The notes below the pieces were generated by a model. It did not search any database. It was not told the DNA's origin and saw nothing but the letters and a program-made list of their open reading frames with translations. Below are positions 43,930-54,517 of a DNA stretch of 64,000 bases, piece after piece. The position numbers and the translations under genes were made by a program. The first letter of the stretch is position 1; the number at the start of each line of letters is the position of its first letter. The stretch is from Spirochaetota bacterium (GTDB taxonomy: Bacteria > Spirochaetota > UBA4802 > UBA5550), in contig JBNKTL010000016.1 of NCBI GenBank assembly GCA_050298055.1, forward strand, positions 26,348-90,347, in the 5' to 3' direction.

Positions 43930-46900
43930 TTAATGATCCAGGTTCTGCGTGATATTCCTGAGCTCTGCCAGCGCACTGTCAAAATCATATCTGCTGATAT
44001 GGCTTTCAAGCTCCCTCAGTTCTTTGTCATCCCCGGAAGGATTCAGAGCCAATTTTATCTTATGAAAATACCTTCCTGCTTCGGCATCATAGTTTTCAAG
44101 GAGAGACTTTAACTTCTCAAGAAGAGTCCCCACATCCCCGCTTATAAATCCCGAATTTTCCAAAGACTCTCCTTCCGCTTCTTCGGATGCGTTTCTGCTC
44201 TCCTCAATACCGGCTATTGCTTTCAGGACAACACTCAACTCTTTTGACAGAACTTCAAAAAATTTCATTTGATCTTCGGTTTTATCACCTTTCAGAACAG
44301 TTTCAAGATCACGGGCAGCTGCTTGCACTTTATGAGCCCCGATGCTCCCCGATGTGCTTTTCAGTGTATGGACAAGGAGGCGGGTTTGTTCCCTGTTGCC
44401 CTTATTCAGAAGTACTTTTATATCCTCACTCAACTTTTCATTCTCTTTTTGAAATTTGAAAATAAGTTTCATGTAGAGCTTCCTGTTTCCTCTCATTCTT
44501 TCCAGACCTTTATTGATATCTATCCCTTCGATCACACGGGGGATATCCGTATACTCTCGTCTCTTATTCATGGGAGTGCATTTTTTACCGGCATCCTTCC
44601 TTTTTGAAGGCCTGATCCATTTAATTAATGTATCAAACATCTGCTCAATATCTACAGGTTTGGAAATAAAATCATTCATCCCCTTATTTAAATACTTTTC
44701 CAGATCATCTTTTAATACATTTGCGGTCATGGCAATAATCGGAAGTTCATCAAAACAGGGATCATTGCGAATTATTTCAGTTGCTTCAAGCCCGTCCATC
44801 ACAGGCATATTTATATCCATAAGAACCCCGTCAAATCCCCCGGACTTTACAGCATGGATGGCCTCCTCGCCATTGCAGGCAGTCTCAACGGTTATTTCCT
44901 CCTCTTCGAGAAATTCCCGGGCAACCTGTTGATTTATCTCATTATCTTCAACAACCAGTATTTTTACTCCCCTCAGCCGGTTCCATTCACTTTTTAACGG
45001 AAATTCAAGGTTCCCCCGAATCTTTATTCTGCTCTCGAATTTACCAAATATATCCATCAATGTATTAAAGAGGAAGGAGGGGTTTACCGGTTTGATCAAA
45101 TATCCGTCAAGTTCCAGTTCTTCGGCTTCACTTGCCACAAATTCATCAGTATACCCGGTCACCATAATGATTTTTGGTATATGTAAAAGCCGCTTGCTTT
45201 TTTTAATTTTACGTGACGTTTCGAGACCATCAATTCCGGTCATATGCCAGTCCAATAAAACAAGCTTAAAGGGATTACCCGCTGAAGCCGACTCGAGTTT
45301 AGCAATACTCTCTTCACCGGATGCAGCCTGTGAAACTTCGAACCCGAACGATTCCAGCATTCTGCACAAAAGCATCCTGGTTGTCGCGTCATCATCTACA
45401 ACCAGTACTCTCAATCCCACCATATCGCCGGGAACAAGATACCTGTTTGCATAATGGTTTAACTTAAAGCTGGCAGTAAAACTGAAATCACTCCCAACTC
45501 CCGGTAAACTTTCCACAAAGATTTCTCCCCCCATCATCTGGACAAGCTGACTGCTGATGCTGAGTCCCAGACCTGTTCCTCCGTATTTTCTTGTGGTTGT
45601 AGTGTCTGCCTGGGTAAATGGTTTAAAGAGGCGCGCTTTCTGTTCCTCTGTAATTCCTATTCCCGTATCTTTTACGGAAAATTTTAAAACCACACTGGTT
45701 GTGTCAATACTGACTGTCCGGGTTGAAAGAGTAATTTCACCGTCACCGGTAAACTTGATCGCGTTATTCGCGAGATTCAACAGGATCTGTCCCAGCCGGA
45801 GAGGATCACCCACAATAAGGAGAGGAACATCTTCCGCTATAATGATATTTAAGCTGATACCTTTTTCTTCGGCCTTCTGTGAAATAAGTTCCGAGAGGTT
45901 GTCAAATATATCCTTAAGATTGAATTCATTTTCCTCCAGTTCGAGTTTTCCTGCCTCAATTTTTGAAAAGTCAAGGATGTCATTTATTATTCCAAGAAGT
46001 GACCTTGAGGAGCGAATGATCTTTCTCATATAGTCACTCTGTTTGTCTGTGAGATCTGTCCTCAGGCAGAGCTGAGCAAGGCCGCTTATTGCATTCATCG
46101 GCGTCCTGATCTCATGGCTCATACTTGCAAGAAAATGGCTTTTTGCCATGTTTGCCCTCTCTGCATTTTCCTTTGCTGTAATCAGTTCATTCTCGGCCCT
46201 GTATTTGGAAATATCAGCTTTAGATAATTTCCAGAAGATCATCCAGAGAATTATTCCTATGACTGACATAACAAGGGTAATGACTAACTTCCAGTAACTT
46301 CTTCTTACATAAAGAACTTTAGAGGGTATATATGAGATACATTTCCAAAAATACTTCCGGGCCAATCCCTCCTTGATTTTACTCTTATTATCAAGAGTGA
46401 ACCCGGTTTTATTACAGGCTTTAAGAGGATATAATGTCTTAAATGTAAAAAGGCCCTCGCCTGTTTCAACCTGTCCTTCCTCCTGAGACATGATGATTTT
46501 TCCTGCCAGGGGAAAATAATTTGTAATAGTAAAATCTTTCCCACTGTCAAACATGAATCCCCACTCAACGTCCTTTTCCGGGCCTTTCAGCCAGTAACCT
46601 CCGGAGTTTACCAGTAAACCGATTGAATCCCTTGTCCTGAACAGAGATTTAAACCTTGCAAGTGTTTTTTTGCCATAATAATTTAAGATCATTATTCCCT
46701 GTTTATGTCCCTTCTCATTAAAAACAGGTGTCCCAAAGCGTATCATTGGCTTTAAAGGATACTCGATTTTTTTATGTTCAAAATTCAGATCAAAAGGTGA
46801 GATGAATATCTCACCTTTTTTGAGTTTGATTGTTTCTGTAAAATAATATCTGTGCTTTTTATTCTGAAGCTCAGGCTTATTCACAATTTTAGGATTGTTT

Positions 46901-47310
46901 TTATTATAATTGATCCTGATTATTTCCATCCCCTCTGTATCAATGAACCTGATCTGGTCATAGAGCTTACGGGAAGAAGAAAATTTTAAGAAATCATTGG
47001 ACAGATCTCTCATTGCCCTCTGATCATAACTCTTGTCCGGTCTTATCATCTTTTTCATTTCATGATTCTTTGTCAGGTATATGAGGTCTGAAATAATATT
47101 GTCCATCTCCCCGATAATATTATTACCCTGCAGGTTTACTATTCTACTCTCGTTATTTTCAAGAGCGGCCCGTTCCGCTTCAAAGGTTGTGAAGTAAATA
47201 ACCATAAGGATAACTGTAATGAGTGAAAAAGTCAGAAAAAAATTGACGCTTGTGCGCAGCAGGAGAATTCTTTTTTCACCGGAACCTGTATCATGAAGAA
47301 TTTTAAACAT
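43930..47310 (-). CDS. Membrane hybrid histidine kinase (Cache-like sensor-HisKA-HATPase-REC-REC-Hpt)
   Basis: Two TM segments flanking [10 protein letters not shown]...[22 protein letters not shown], two intact RECs and [13 protein letters not shown]. Confidence 0.93.
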   Translation of the reverse strand: MFKILHDTGSGEKRILLLRTSVNFFLTFSLITVILMVIYFTTFEAERAALENNESRIVNLQGNNIIGEMDNIISDLIYLTKNHEMKKMIRPDKSYDQRAMRDLSNDFLKFSSSRKLYDQIRFIDTEGMEIIRINYNKNNPKIVNKPELQNKKHRYYFTETIKLKKGEIFISPFDLNFEHKKIEYPLKPMIRFGTPVFNEKGHKQGIMILNYYGKKTLARFKSLFRTRDSIGLLVNSGGYWLKGPEKDVEWGFMFDSGKDFTITNYFPLAGKIIMSQEEGQVETGEGLFTFKTLYPLKACNKTGFTLDNKSKIKEGLARKYFWKCISYIPSKVLYVRRSYWKLVITLVMSVIGIILWMIFWKLSKADISKYRAENELITAKENAERANMAKSHFLASMSHEIRTPMNAISGLAQLCLRTDLTDKQSDYMRKIIRSSRSLLGIINDILDFSKIEAGKLELEENEFNLKDIFDNLSELISQKAEEKGISLNIIIAEDVPLLIVGDPLRLGQILLNLANNAIKFTGDGEITLSTRTVSIDTTSVVLKFSVKDTGIGITEEQKARLFKPFTQADTTTTRKYGGTGLGLSISSQLVQMMGGEIFVESLPGVGSDFSFTASFKLNHYANRYLVPGDMVGLRVLVVDDDATTRMLLCRMLESFGFEVSQAASGEESIAKLESASAGNPFKLVLLDWHMTGIDGLETSRKIKKSKRLLHIPKIIMVTGYTDEFVASEAEELELDGYLIKPVNPSFLFNTLMDIFGKFESRIKIRGNLEFPLKSEWNRLRGVKILVVEDNEINQQVAREFLEEEEITVETACNGEEAIHAVKSGGFDGVLMDINMPVMDGLEATEIIRNDPCFDELPIIAMTANVLKDDLEKYLNKGMNDFISKPVDIEQMFDTLIKWIRPSKRKDAGKKCTPMNKRREYTDIPRVIEGIDINKGLERMRGNRKLYMKLIFKFQKENEKLSEDIKVLLNKGNREQTRLLVHTLKSTSGSIGAHKVQAAARDLETVLKGDKTEDQMKFFEVLSKELSVVLKAIAGIEESRNASEEAEGESLENSGFISGDVGTLLEKLKSLLENYDAEAGRYFHKIKLALNPSGDDKELRELESHISRYDFDSALAELRNITQNLDH

Positions 47311-47518
47311 CTTTTAAGGCCTGTTGTTTGTTTAAAGGATCATTATAATGGAAAAACTGGATACACCTAAAAACACCAGATAATTATACTCTTACTAAAT
47401 CTTTATTATATATTAAAAATAATTTTAGTCAATTAAATTGCATTTTAGAATATTTTTTATTCCCTTAAAATAAATCTGCAAATATTTCCTTTACTTCTTT
47501 CGATAATTAATACAAATA

Positions 47519-47658
47519 ATAACAATTCAGCTGTGTATGAAATATTGTATTTCTAAGAAATATCAACAAGATATCCCCGCCGCCGAAGGCGGCGGGGATA
47601 TCTCAGTTTTGTTTTTTTAATGAATTAGGATGATTCTTATACATAGCTGAGTAATTAT
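47519..47658 (+). repeat. ~140-bp element copy 5 (well conserved)
   Basis: TAACAATTCAGCTGTGTAT...AAATATCAACA-AGATATCCCCGCCGCC-GAA-GGCGGCGGGGATATCT-CAGTT...TTATACATAGCTGAGTAATTA. Confidence 0.92.
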
Positions 47659-47713
47659 AACAGGTTTTTTAAATTCCTGAATTTACATTATCATTATAAA
47701 GACTGTTCTGAAT

Positions 47714-49513
47714 ATGAGATCATTAAAACTGATATTTATCCCCCTTTTTATCTTTTATACAACCGGCCTTTTCTCCCGGCAGGAGATAAAACAGCGCAAA
47801 ACAGACTCACAGACAATATCCCGCATCCTGAAAACTGAAAATAAATTACACAAACAAAGAAAAATTATTGAGATTGTCAATGAGATTGACAGGATATACG
47901 GCAGGCTCTTCGAAAACATGAAAGAGAGGAAAAAACTGGTTGTGTTCTTCGACCCGGCCCACGGAAAGCTCCCCAACGGGATGTGGCAGGGGGGAAGGAT
48001 CACGGGAAGGCTCAGTTGTACTAACCTGCCGGAAGAATATTACTCTGTCAAGATCTCACGGGAACTCTATAAACTGCTGGTAAAAAACCCATTCATCGAT
48101 GTAAAGAGCACTGATGATTATATGGAAGTTCTCAGGGGAAATGCGGATTCTTACAAAAACATCCCCTTTCCGGAAACAGTCAAGCTGGCAAAAGAAGCCG
48201 GCTCATTTATTATTATATCCGAGCACCTTAACAATGTCTCCATGTTTCACAAAGCGGACGGCCGGGTGAACCTTTCGGGACTCCACATTACCCGGAACAG
48301 GTACGGTCACAGGATCCTCCGCTATGTTTCGAAAACATATGAAGGATTCCTCACCCTCTACAACAGGCTTGATACTTCAGGATTTTCACGACTTTATGCC
48401 CTTAAACTGAAGAACAGGCTGATCGCCATGGGATTGGCAGTAAATAACTGGCAAAAGGGAGCTGTGGCAGATGACAGGTTCTGCTATTTCGCTGACTTTC
48501 CTATCTCCATAATCTATGAATCCGGCTTTATATCCAATCCCCATGAAGAAAAAAAACTGAAAGACCCACTTTATATAAAGAACCTTGTAACAGCCCAGTA
48601 TGAAACTCTCCTGGAAAACATAAAGGACACCTTTGGCGTTGATATTACCGGGGAAAAACCTGTAAAGGTAAATAAACCGGTTCACCACAGGCTCGAACTT
48701 CTCAAGCTTGCAAGAATTGCCGTAGATTACCTTAAAGACGGAAACACCGAAAGGTCCCTTTATACAATAAACAGGATGATCGAAAGATACGGGAAAACAG
48801 GTTACAGGTATTACATTGACTATTTTGCCTATATAAAAAATTCTCTTATCCGGGCGGAAAAATATTATGAACTGGGGAAAAAGTACAACAGCCTTTCCCG
48901 TAAATACAGGAAAAAAAGAAAATGGAAGCGTTCACGAAGATTCAGTTACCTTGCAAGAAAGTACTTTATATATGCGAAAAAATATACTTACAAACCTGTT
49001 TTTTTTACCTACAGGATTAAATATGCTAAAGCATTGAGACAGAGATACAGGATAACCGCAAGCAACACTTACTCTTCCAGCCCTTCAAGAAAAAAATACA
49101 CTCCCGGAAACCAAAATAAAGTTATTGCCCGAAAACAGGCTGCGAGGTGGACACCGATAATTCTGCCAATAGAAAATAACCAGATTCTTGAAGATGCCGT
49201 GATGCAGGCGCTCTCTCCTGATAAAAAAAACCTCGAAAAACTTTTAAAGTCATTGAGAAATGCAAAAATGACTCGCTGGGTTAAAAGGCGCTACTACTCA
49301 AAAAAAAGAAAGAGATGGGTGATAAGCTGGAAAAAGAAAACCTGGAAAGTCAACTTCAGAAAAGGGATCTACATTGTAAAACTTGACAGAAATCTCAATG
49401 TCATTCTGGCAAGGCGGGTAGACAGCGTAAGACTCTCGTCGGTCAAATACCAGAACCAGCAATATCTCAACAACTCATACTTTGCGCAGAGCAGTATGAT
49501 CAAATCACTCTGA
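47714..49513 (+). CDS. Exported protein with N-acetylmuramoyl-L-alanine amidase (Amidase_3)-like domain and very basic C-terminal half
   Basis: VVFFDPAHG, PEEYYS, IISEHLN and IIYESGFISNPHE match the H/E/H/E Zn-amidase pattern. Signal peptide present. Confidence 0.65.
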   Translation: MRSLKLIFIPLFIFYTTGLFSRQEIKQRKTDSQTISRILKTENKLHKQRKIIEIVNEIDRIYGRLFENMKERKKLVVFFDPAHGKLPNGMWQGGRITGRLSCTNLPEEYYSVKISRELYKLLVKNPFIDVKSTDDYMEVLRGNADSYKNIPFPETVKLAKEAGSFIIISEHLNNVSMFHKADGRVNLSGLHITRNRYGHRILRYVSKTYEGFLTLYNRLDTSGFSRLYALKLKNRLIAMGLAVNNWQKGAVADDRFCYFADFPISIIYESGFISNPHEEKKLKDPLYIKNLVTAQYETLLENIKDTFGVDITGEKPVKVNKPVHHRLELLKLARIAVDYLKDGNTERSLYTINRMIERYGKTGYRYYIDYFAYIKNSLIRAEKYYELGKKYNSLSRKYRKKRKWKRSRRFSYLARKYFIYAKKYTYKPVFFTYRIKYAKALRQRYRITASNTYSSSPSRKKYTPGNQNKVIARKQAARWTPIILPIENNQILEDAVMQALSPDKKNLEKLLKSLRNAKMTRWVKRRYYSKKRKRWVISWKKKTWKVNFRKGIYIVKLDRNLNVILARRVDSVRLSSVKYQNQQYLNNSYFAQSSMIKSL

Positions 49514-49533
49514 TTATTTGGCAGGGTATTATT

Positions 49534-50460
49534 ATGACTCCCCCCTACCGCTTTTTTGGCACTTACCTGCGGGAAAAATACGGATACCGGGTACTCAAGC
49601 TTTCAATAAATGCGGACCTTTCATGTCCCAACAGGGACGGGACACTGAGCAGCGATGGATGCATCTTCTGTTCCAGTGACGGTTCAGCTTCACCAACCGC
49701 TCTGGGAACTGCAGGCATCAGAAAACAGATGAATGCCGCACGGGAAAGCTTCAGAAGATCTGAACAGGAAACCCGGTATATAGCATATTTCCAGGCATAT
49801 ACAAACACCTACGGTACATGCGAAAATCTGAAAAAACTCTATGATGAGGCAGTTTCCGGAGAGGATATTATGGGCCTCATGGTGGGTACACGTCCCGACT
49901 GTATTAACGACGATGTCCTGGACCTTCTCGCATCTTATGACAGGCCCGGTTTCGAGGTCTGGCTTGAGATAGGCATGCAGAGCATGCACAATAAAAGCCT
50001 TGATTATCTTAACAGGCACCACCGCCATAAATCAACCCTTGATGCCGTGAAAAGGGCTTCGGAGAGAAACCTCAAGGTCTGTGTTCATATCATCCTGGGA
50101 ATTCCGGGAGAGACATGGAAAGAGATGATGGAAACAGCCGGGGAAGTCTCATCAATGCCGGTACAAGGCGTAAAATTCCACCACCTCCATGTAATACGGA
50201 ACACAGAGCTGGAAAGAATCTATAACGAAAACAAGTTCAAAACACTCTCATTGAAAGAATATACATCTACTGTATGTGATTTTGTCGAGAGGCTCCGGCC
50301 TGATATTATTGTCCACAGGCTCATGGGAGACAGGGAGGAGAGTACACTTGTTGCCCCCCTCTGGGGACTTCATAAGGGCACGGTTCTTAATTCTATTGAG
50401 AGTGAGTTTGAAAGACGGGGAAGTTACCAGGGGATGCTCTTCCGGGAAGGGGACTCCTAA
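49534..50460 (+). CDS. TIGR01212-family radical SAM protein (YhcC-like)
   Basis: CPNRDGT...GCIFC, YFQAYTNTY, GTRPDC and GVKFHHLH. Confidence 0.92.
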   Translation: MTPPYRFFGTYLREKYGYRVLKLSINADLSCPNRDGTLSSDGCIFCSSDGSASPTALGTAGIRKQMNAARESFRRSEQETRYIAYFQAYTNTYGTCENLKKLYDEAVSGEDIMGLMVGTRPDCINDDVLDLLASYDRPGFEVWLEIGMQSMHNKSLDYLNRHHRHKSTLDAVKRASERNLKVCVHIILGIPGETWKEMMETAGEVSSMPVQGVKFHHLHVIRNTELERIYNENKFKTLSLKEYTSTVCDFVERLRPDIIVHRLMGDREESTLVAPLWGLHKGTVLNSIESEFERRGSYQGMLFREGDS

Positions 50461-51404
50461 TCCTCTTTATCTGTCCGGGAATGGGGATGGCAGCTGTCAT
50501 AAATTCTCTTCAGCCGGGACCGGGTTGTATGGGTATAAACCTGAGTTGTGGAGAGACTGCTGTGCCCCAGCATCTCCTGAACGGCCCTTATATCCGCGCC
50601 CTGGTTAAGAAGTTCCGTGGCGAAACTGTGCCTGAATGTGTGGGGTGAGACCTTTTCCGGGACTTCACTCTCCCGGGACCTCCTTACAACCATATTGTAG
50701 ATTCCCTTTTCAGATAACCTTTTACCGTTTTTATTGATAAAAAGCGGGCCTTCCGGTTCCCCGAAACGTTCACTTCTCTTCTCAAGATAGATTTTTAATG
50801 ACTCAAGAGCATCGGGAGTAAGAAAGACAATCCTCTCCTTCCTTCCCTTTCCCTTCACCTTGAGCTGTCCGGGACCGGGTTTAAGGTCATTGAAGTCCGC
50901 TCCGGAAAGTTCCGACACCCGGCAGCCGCTGGCATACAGGGTCCTCAGAATAGCGGCGTCCCTATAGTCCAGGAAGCTGACCGTCTCAAACCCGATAATC
51001 TCATCAACCTGGTCCAGGTAGAGAAATTTCGGGAGCCTCTTCTCCTTTCGCGGGTACCTGATATTAAGAGCAGGATTGACCTCTATCTCACCGTTGTTAA
51101 AGAGATATTTGAAAAATGCTTTCAGGGTCGCGACTTTTCTTTCAATTGAGGACTTTTTGTAGTCTCTGTCGTAGAGATATTCAACAAATGCCGTCAGATC
51201 CTCACGGTCGATGCTCTTGACTTCAACATCCTCGCCGTCGGATTGAACATCCAGAAGGTAAAAATTGTCTTCTTCGGAATGACTCTGGGAAAGAAGAAAG
51301 TCGAGGAATAAACTGAGGTCGCCGCTGTATGAAGAAACCGTATGCTCCGAGGCATTCCTTTCAAACAGGAGGTAGCTCAGAAACAGGTCAATCTCATCAA
51401 GCAT
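50457..51404 (-). CDS. xerC: Tyrosine recombinase XerC/XerD family
   Basis: RDAAILRTLYASGCRVSEL, KGKGRKER, SPHTFRHSFAT and LGHSSLSTTQVYTH. Downstream of topA. Confidence 0.85.
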   Translation of the reverse strand: MLDEIDLFLSYLLFERNASEHTVSSYSGDLSLFLDFLLSQSHSEEDNFYLLDVQSDGEDVEVKSIDREDLTAFVEYLYDRDYKKSSIERKVATLKAFFKYLFNNGEIEVNPALNIRYPRKEKRLPKFLYLDQVDEIIGFETVSFLDYRDAAILRTLYASGCRVSELSGADFNDLKPGPGQLKVKGKGRKERIVFLTPDALESLKIYLEKRSERFGEPEGPLFINKNGKRLSEKGIYNMVVRRSRESEVPEKVSPHTFRHSFATELLNQGADIRAVQEMLGHSSLSTTQVYTHTTRSRLKRIYDSCHPHSRTDKED

Positions 51405-51412
51405 GGCGCCAG

Positions 51413-53569
51413 TTACTCGCTGTTGGAATCATCACCGGAGTTGCCGTTTTTCTCATCAAGGAGTTCCACGGTAAAACCGCATTCTTCATTGAGGCAGGTA
51501 AGCTTTTCACCTACACCCTTGATCCTCTTCTTGAAAAGGAGCTTCCCGCACCGGGGACAGCTCTTCTCCGCGGGTGTGTCCCTTGTGATAAAATCGCAGT
51601 CGGGATACCTGTTGCATGAATAGAATGATCCCCTTCCCTTACCGTTTTTGGCCTCTCTCTTTACAACATCACCTTCGCACTTGGGGCACTTTCCAATGGG
51701 GAGGGACTTCGCGTTTCTGCATTCGGGGAAACCGGAACAGGCCAGGAAAAATCCGAACCTTCCCAGGCGCTTGACCATTTTCCTGCCGCACTTTTCGCAC
51801 TCCAGATCAGTCTCTTCATCAAGGACGTTTTTCATCTCCTCTATATTTTCTTCCGCCTGGTCCATGACTTCCTTAAAGGGCCCGTAAAAATCACGGAGCA
51901 TCTTTTTCCATTCGAATTTCGATTCTTCAATCTGGTCAAGTTTTTCTTCCATATCCGCGGTGAAGTCTATTGAGACAAAATTTGAGAAGTGCTTGACCAT
52001 TATGGCATTAACCAGTTTCCCCAGCACGGTAGGAACAAGCTGTTTGCCCGACCGGGTAACATAGTATCTCTTCAGGATCGTATTTATGGTAGGCGCATAG
52101 GTCGAGGGCCGTCCAATACCGGAATCTTCAAGAAACTTTACCAGCGAAGCGTCATTGAACCGGGGGGGCGGAGACGTAAAATGCTGCTCGGGAACAAACT
52201 CTTCCACATCTACGTCATCTCCCACAGACATATCAGGCAGCTTTACTTTGTCGGATTTTCCCGGTTTTTCTACAACCGCAAAACCGTCAAAGAGGACTTT
52301 ACTTCCGCTGGCCCTGAAAAGGCAATCCCCCGCTTCAAGATTGACCGTAACGATCTCCGAGACCTCCGGGTTCATCTGCGAAGAAACAGCCCTCTTCCAT
52401 ATAAGACTGTAGAGCTTGAACTGGTCCCTGGTAAGGTCAGCCTTAATACCCGCAGGGTCCCTTCCGATCTCCGTTGGGCGTATTGCCTCGTGAGCATCCT
52501 GCGCCCCCTTCTTGTTCTTGTAGGTAACCGGGCTTTCGGGCAGGTATTCTTTATTGAAATGAGTGTGAATATATTCTCTGATGGAGTCCACGGCGTTTGG
52601 AGATATCCGTGTAGAATCTGTTCTCATATAGGTAATAAGCCCCACGGGGCCTTCTCCTGTGATATTGACCCCTTCGTAAAGCTGCTGGGCGATCATCATT
52701 GTTTTCTGAGATGTAAACCCCAGCCTGTTCGCGGCATCCTGCTGGAGCTTGCTTGTGATATAGGGCGCCTGCGGTTTCCTCCTTCTCTCCTTTTTTTTGA
52801 CATCGGCCACGGTGAGTTTTTTCCCCTCAAGGTCCTTGAGAATGGCATCCACTTCCTGCCTGTTCTTAATGTCAATCTTCTCCCCGGCGATTGAATGGAG
52901 TGAAGCGTCAAATTTTTTCTTTTTATAAAGACAGTGCGCGTCAAGGGACCAGTATTCCACAGGGATAAACTTATCTATCTCCTCTTCCCTGTTGCAGATC
53001 ACCATAAGTGCAACCGACTGGACCCTCCCCGCCGAAAGCCCTCTCTTTACCTTTTTCCAGAGGATAGGGCTGATATTATATCCTACAATGCGGTCCAGGA
53101 TACGCCGCGCCTGCTGGGCGTTGACCCGTGCGATATCGATATCCCGGGGATGTGATATTGCTTCATTTATTGCGTTTTTTGTAATTTCGTTGAATTCAAT
53201 TCTCTTGATATTGCTGTTTTTCCCGGACAGGGAGTTAGAGAGGTGCCATGAAATGGCTTCCCCTTCACGGTCGGGGTCAGTTGCCAGGAGGACCTGTTTT
53301 GTCTCGCCCGCGTATTTTTTCAACTCATTGAGTATCTTTGCCTTCCCCCTGATGGTTATATATTCAGGTGTGAAATCGTTCTCAACATCCACGGCAAGCC
53401 TCGACTTGGGGAGGTCTACAATATGGCCTACAGATGATGACACAATATAATCAGTGCCAAGATACTTGTTGATTGTCTTTGCTTTTGACGGTGACTCAAC
53501 AATGACAAGTATTTTATCTTTATTATTGACCTTCTTTGATGATTTTTTCTCTTTTTTGTTCATTCTCAT
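51413..53569 (-). CDS. topA: DNA topoisomerase I
   Basis: IVESPSKAKTI, ATDPDREGE, SAGRVQS, ITYMRTDS and C-terminal Zn ribbons. Confidence 0.97.
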   Translation of the reverse strand: MRMNKKEKKSSKKVNNKDKILVIVESPSKAKTINKYLGTDYIVSSSVGHIVDLPKSRLAVDVENDFTPEYITIRGKAKILNELKKYAGETKQVLLATDPDREGEAISWHLSNSLSGKNSNIKRIEFNEITKNAINEAISHPRDIDIARVNAQQARRILDRIVGYNISPILWKKVKRGLSAGRVQSVALMVICNREEEIDKFIPVEYWSLDAHCLYKKKKFDASLHSIAGEKIDIKNRQEVDAILKDLEGKKLTVADVKKKERRRKPQAPYITSKLQQDAANRLGFTSQKTMMIAQQLYEGVNITGEGPVGLITYMRTDSTRISPNAVDSIREYIHTHFNKEYLPESPVTYKNKKGAQDAHEAIRPTEIGRDPAGIKADLTRDQFKLYSLIWKRAVSSQMNPEVSEIVTVNLEAGDCLFRASGSKVLFDGFAVVEKPGKSDKVKLPDMSVGDDVDVEEFVPEQHFTSPPPRFNDASLVKFLEDSGIGRPSTYAPTINTILKRYYVTRSGKQLVPTVLGKLVNAIMVKHFSNFVSIDFTADMEEKLDQIEESKFEWKKMLRDFYGPFKEVMDQAEENIEEMKNVLDEETDLECEKCGRKMVKRLGRFGFFLACSGFPECRNAKSLPIGKCPKCEGDVVKREAKNGKGRGSFYSCNRYPDCDFITRDTPAEKSCPRCGKLLFKKRIKGVGEKLTCLNEECGFTVELLDEKNGNSGDDSNSE

Positions 53570-53614
53570 CCTTTTGTTTCGGCGGATTTTTCAAAAGTCA
53601 AACCCAACAGAGTA

Positions 53615-54229
53615 TTATGAATTGTCAAACATTTCTTTTATCTTTTTTTGCGGGTCCCATTTTACCAGGTAAAAGAGGAAAGCCGTAAGAATTATGGATA
53701 ACAGAAAAAATAACAGTATTCTTTCCGAGCTGTAGTAAATATGTGCATCATATTTTCTTCTGAAACCCATAGCACCCAGCAGGTCCCCCTGATTCATCCC
53801 CTTATGGCAGATAAGACATCTCTTCTCAGCAAGGAGAGGTACTATTGAAAAATATTCAGATCCGTTGATACCCGATTCGGGTGCGGGTTTATACGCCTTG
53901 ATAATAGATGCCGCATCCTTTTCTATCCCGCTTCCCCGGCTTCCCGGTTTCTCTATTACATAGCCGTTCCTGTCATAAATACGTGTCTCAATTCCCTCTC
54001 TTTCGGAAATTCTTTTCAGGAACAACCACCCGTAAACCGGCTCACTCTTTGATTTTATCTCAAGAAACGACTCCCTGATAATCTCAAACTCCCTGTCCAG
54101 TTCGGAAAAATACCCGGATTTATAAAAACTGAATATATCTCCCGAGTAAGGGGGTATTGAAAATACCTGCGAAACAGAAATTGAGAGTAAAACAAGTACA
54201 ACCACTATAAGGATATATTTAAGCTTCAT
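53615..54229 (-). CDS. Two-TM periplasmic protein with a single CxxCH heme-binding motif
   Basis: N- and C-terminal hydrophobic helices. The VPLLAEKRCLICHKG...GDLLGAM pattern is typical of heme-c sensor domains. Confidence 0.7.
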   Translation of the reverse strand: MKLKYILIVVVLVLLSISVSQVFSIPPYSGDIFSFYKSGYFSELDREFEIIRESFLEIKSKSEPVYGWLFLKRISEREGIETRIYDRNGYVIEKPGSRGSGIEKDAASIIKAYKPAPESGINGSEYFSIVPLLAEKRCLICHKGMNQGDLLGAMGFRRKYDAHIYYSSERILLFFLLSIILTAFLFYLVKWDPQKKIKEMFDNS

Positions 54230-54259
54230 ATTTTATTTCGCTTTCCGGTATATTTGAAA

Positions 54260-54302
54260 AAAAGCCAACAATCTGCCCCGCCGCCGAAGGCGGCGGGGAC
54301 AA
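54260..54302 (+). repeat. ~140-bp element copy 6 (core hairpin only)
   Basis: CCAACAATCTG-CCCCGCCGCC-GAA-GGCGGCGGGG-AC. Confidence 0.8.
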
Positions 54303-54382
54303 ACCATTTAATACTTATCTCTTTATATATCGTATTCATTTTATCTTCGGTTAAGGTTTTTAAGAGACCTGGTTGGATTATC

Positions 54383-54412
54383 TTGACAATTTTAAGGAAA
54401 TCATGTTAAGAT
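54383..54412 (+). promoter_or_regulatory. Putative sigma70 promoter
   Basis: TTGACA-18 nt-TAAGAT with a TGn extended -10, upstream of the TIGR01777 gene. Confidence 0.45.
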
Positions 54413-54427
54413 CTGTTCTAATAGTTA

Positions 54428-54458
54428 CACGAAACTTGTAACTCGAAACTTGAAACTA
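54428..54458. repeat. Heptamer tandem repeat (AACTYGA type)
   Basis: CACGAAA CTTGTAA CTCGAAA CTTGAAA CT. Confidence 0.6.
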
Positions 54459-54517
54459 TATTCTTATCACTGCACTTATTGGTCTCTGACATTTTTAAGA
54501 ACTGGGGGGTAGAGAGT

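Noticed and set aside
50457..51404. Tyrosine recombinase as a phage or integron integrase
   Set aside because: Its size, motifs and position after topA fit chromosomal XerC. There is no IntI-specific insertion and no phage genes nearby.
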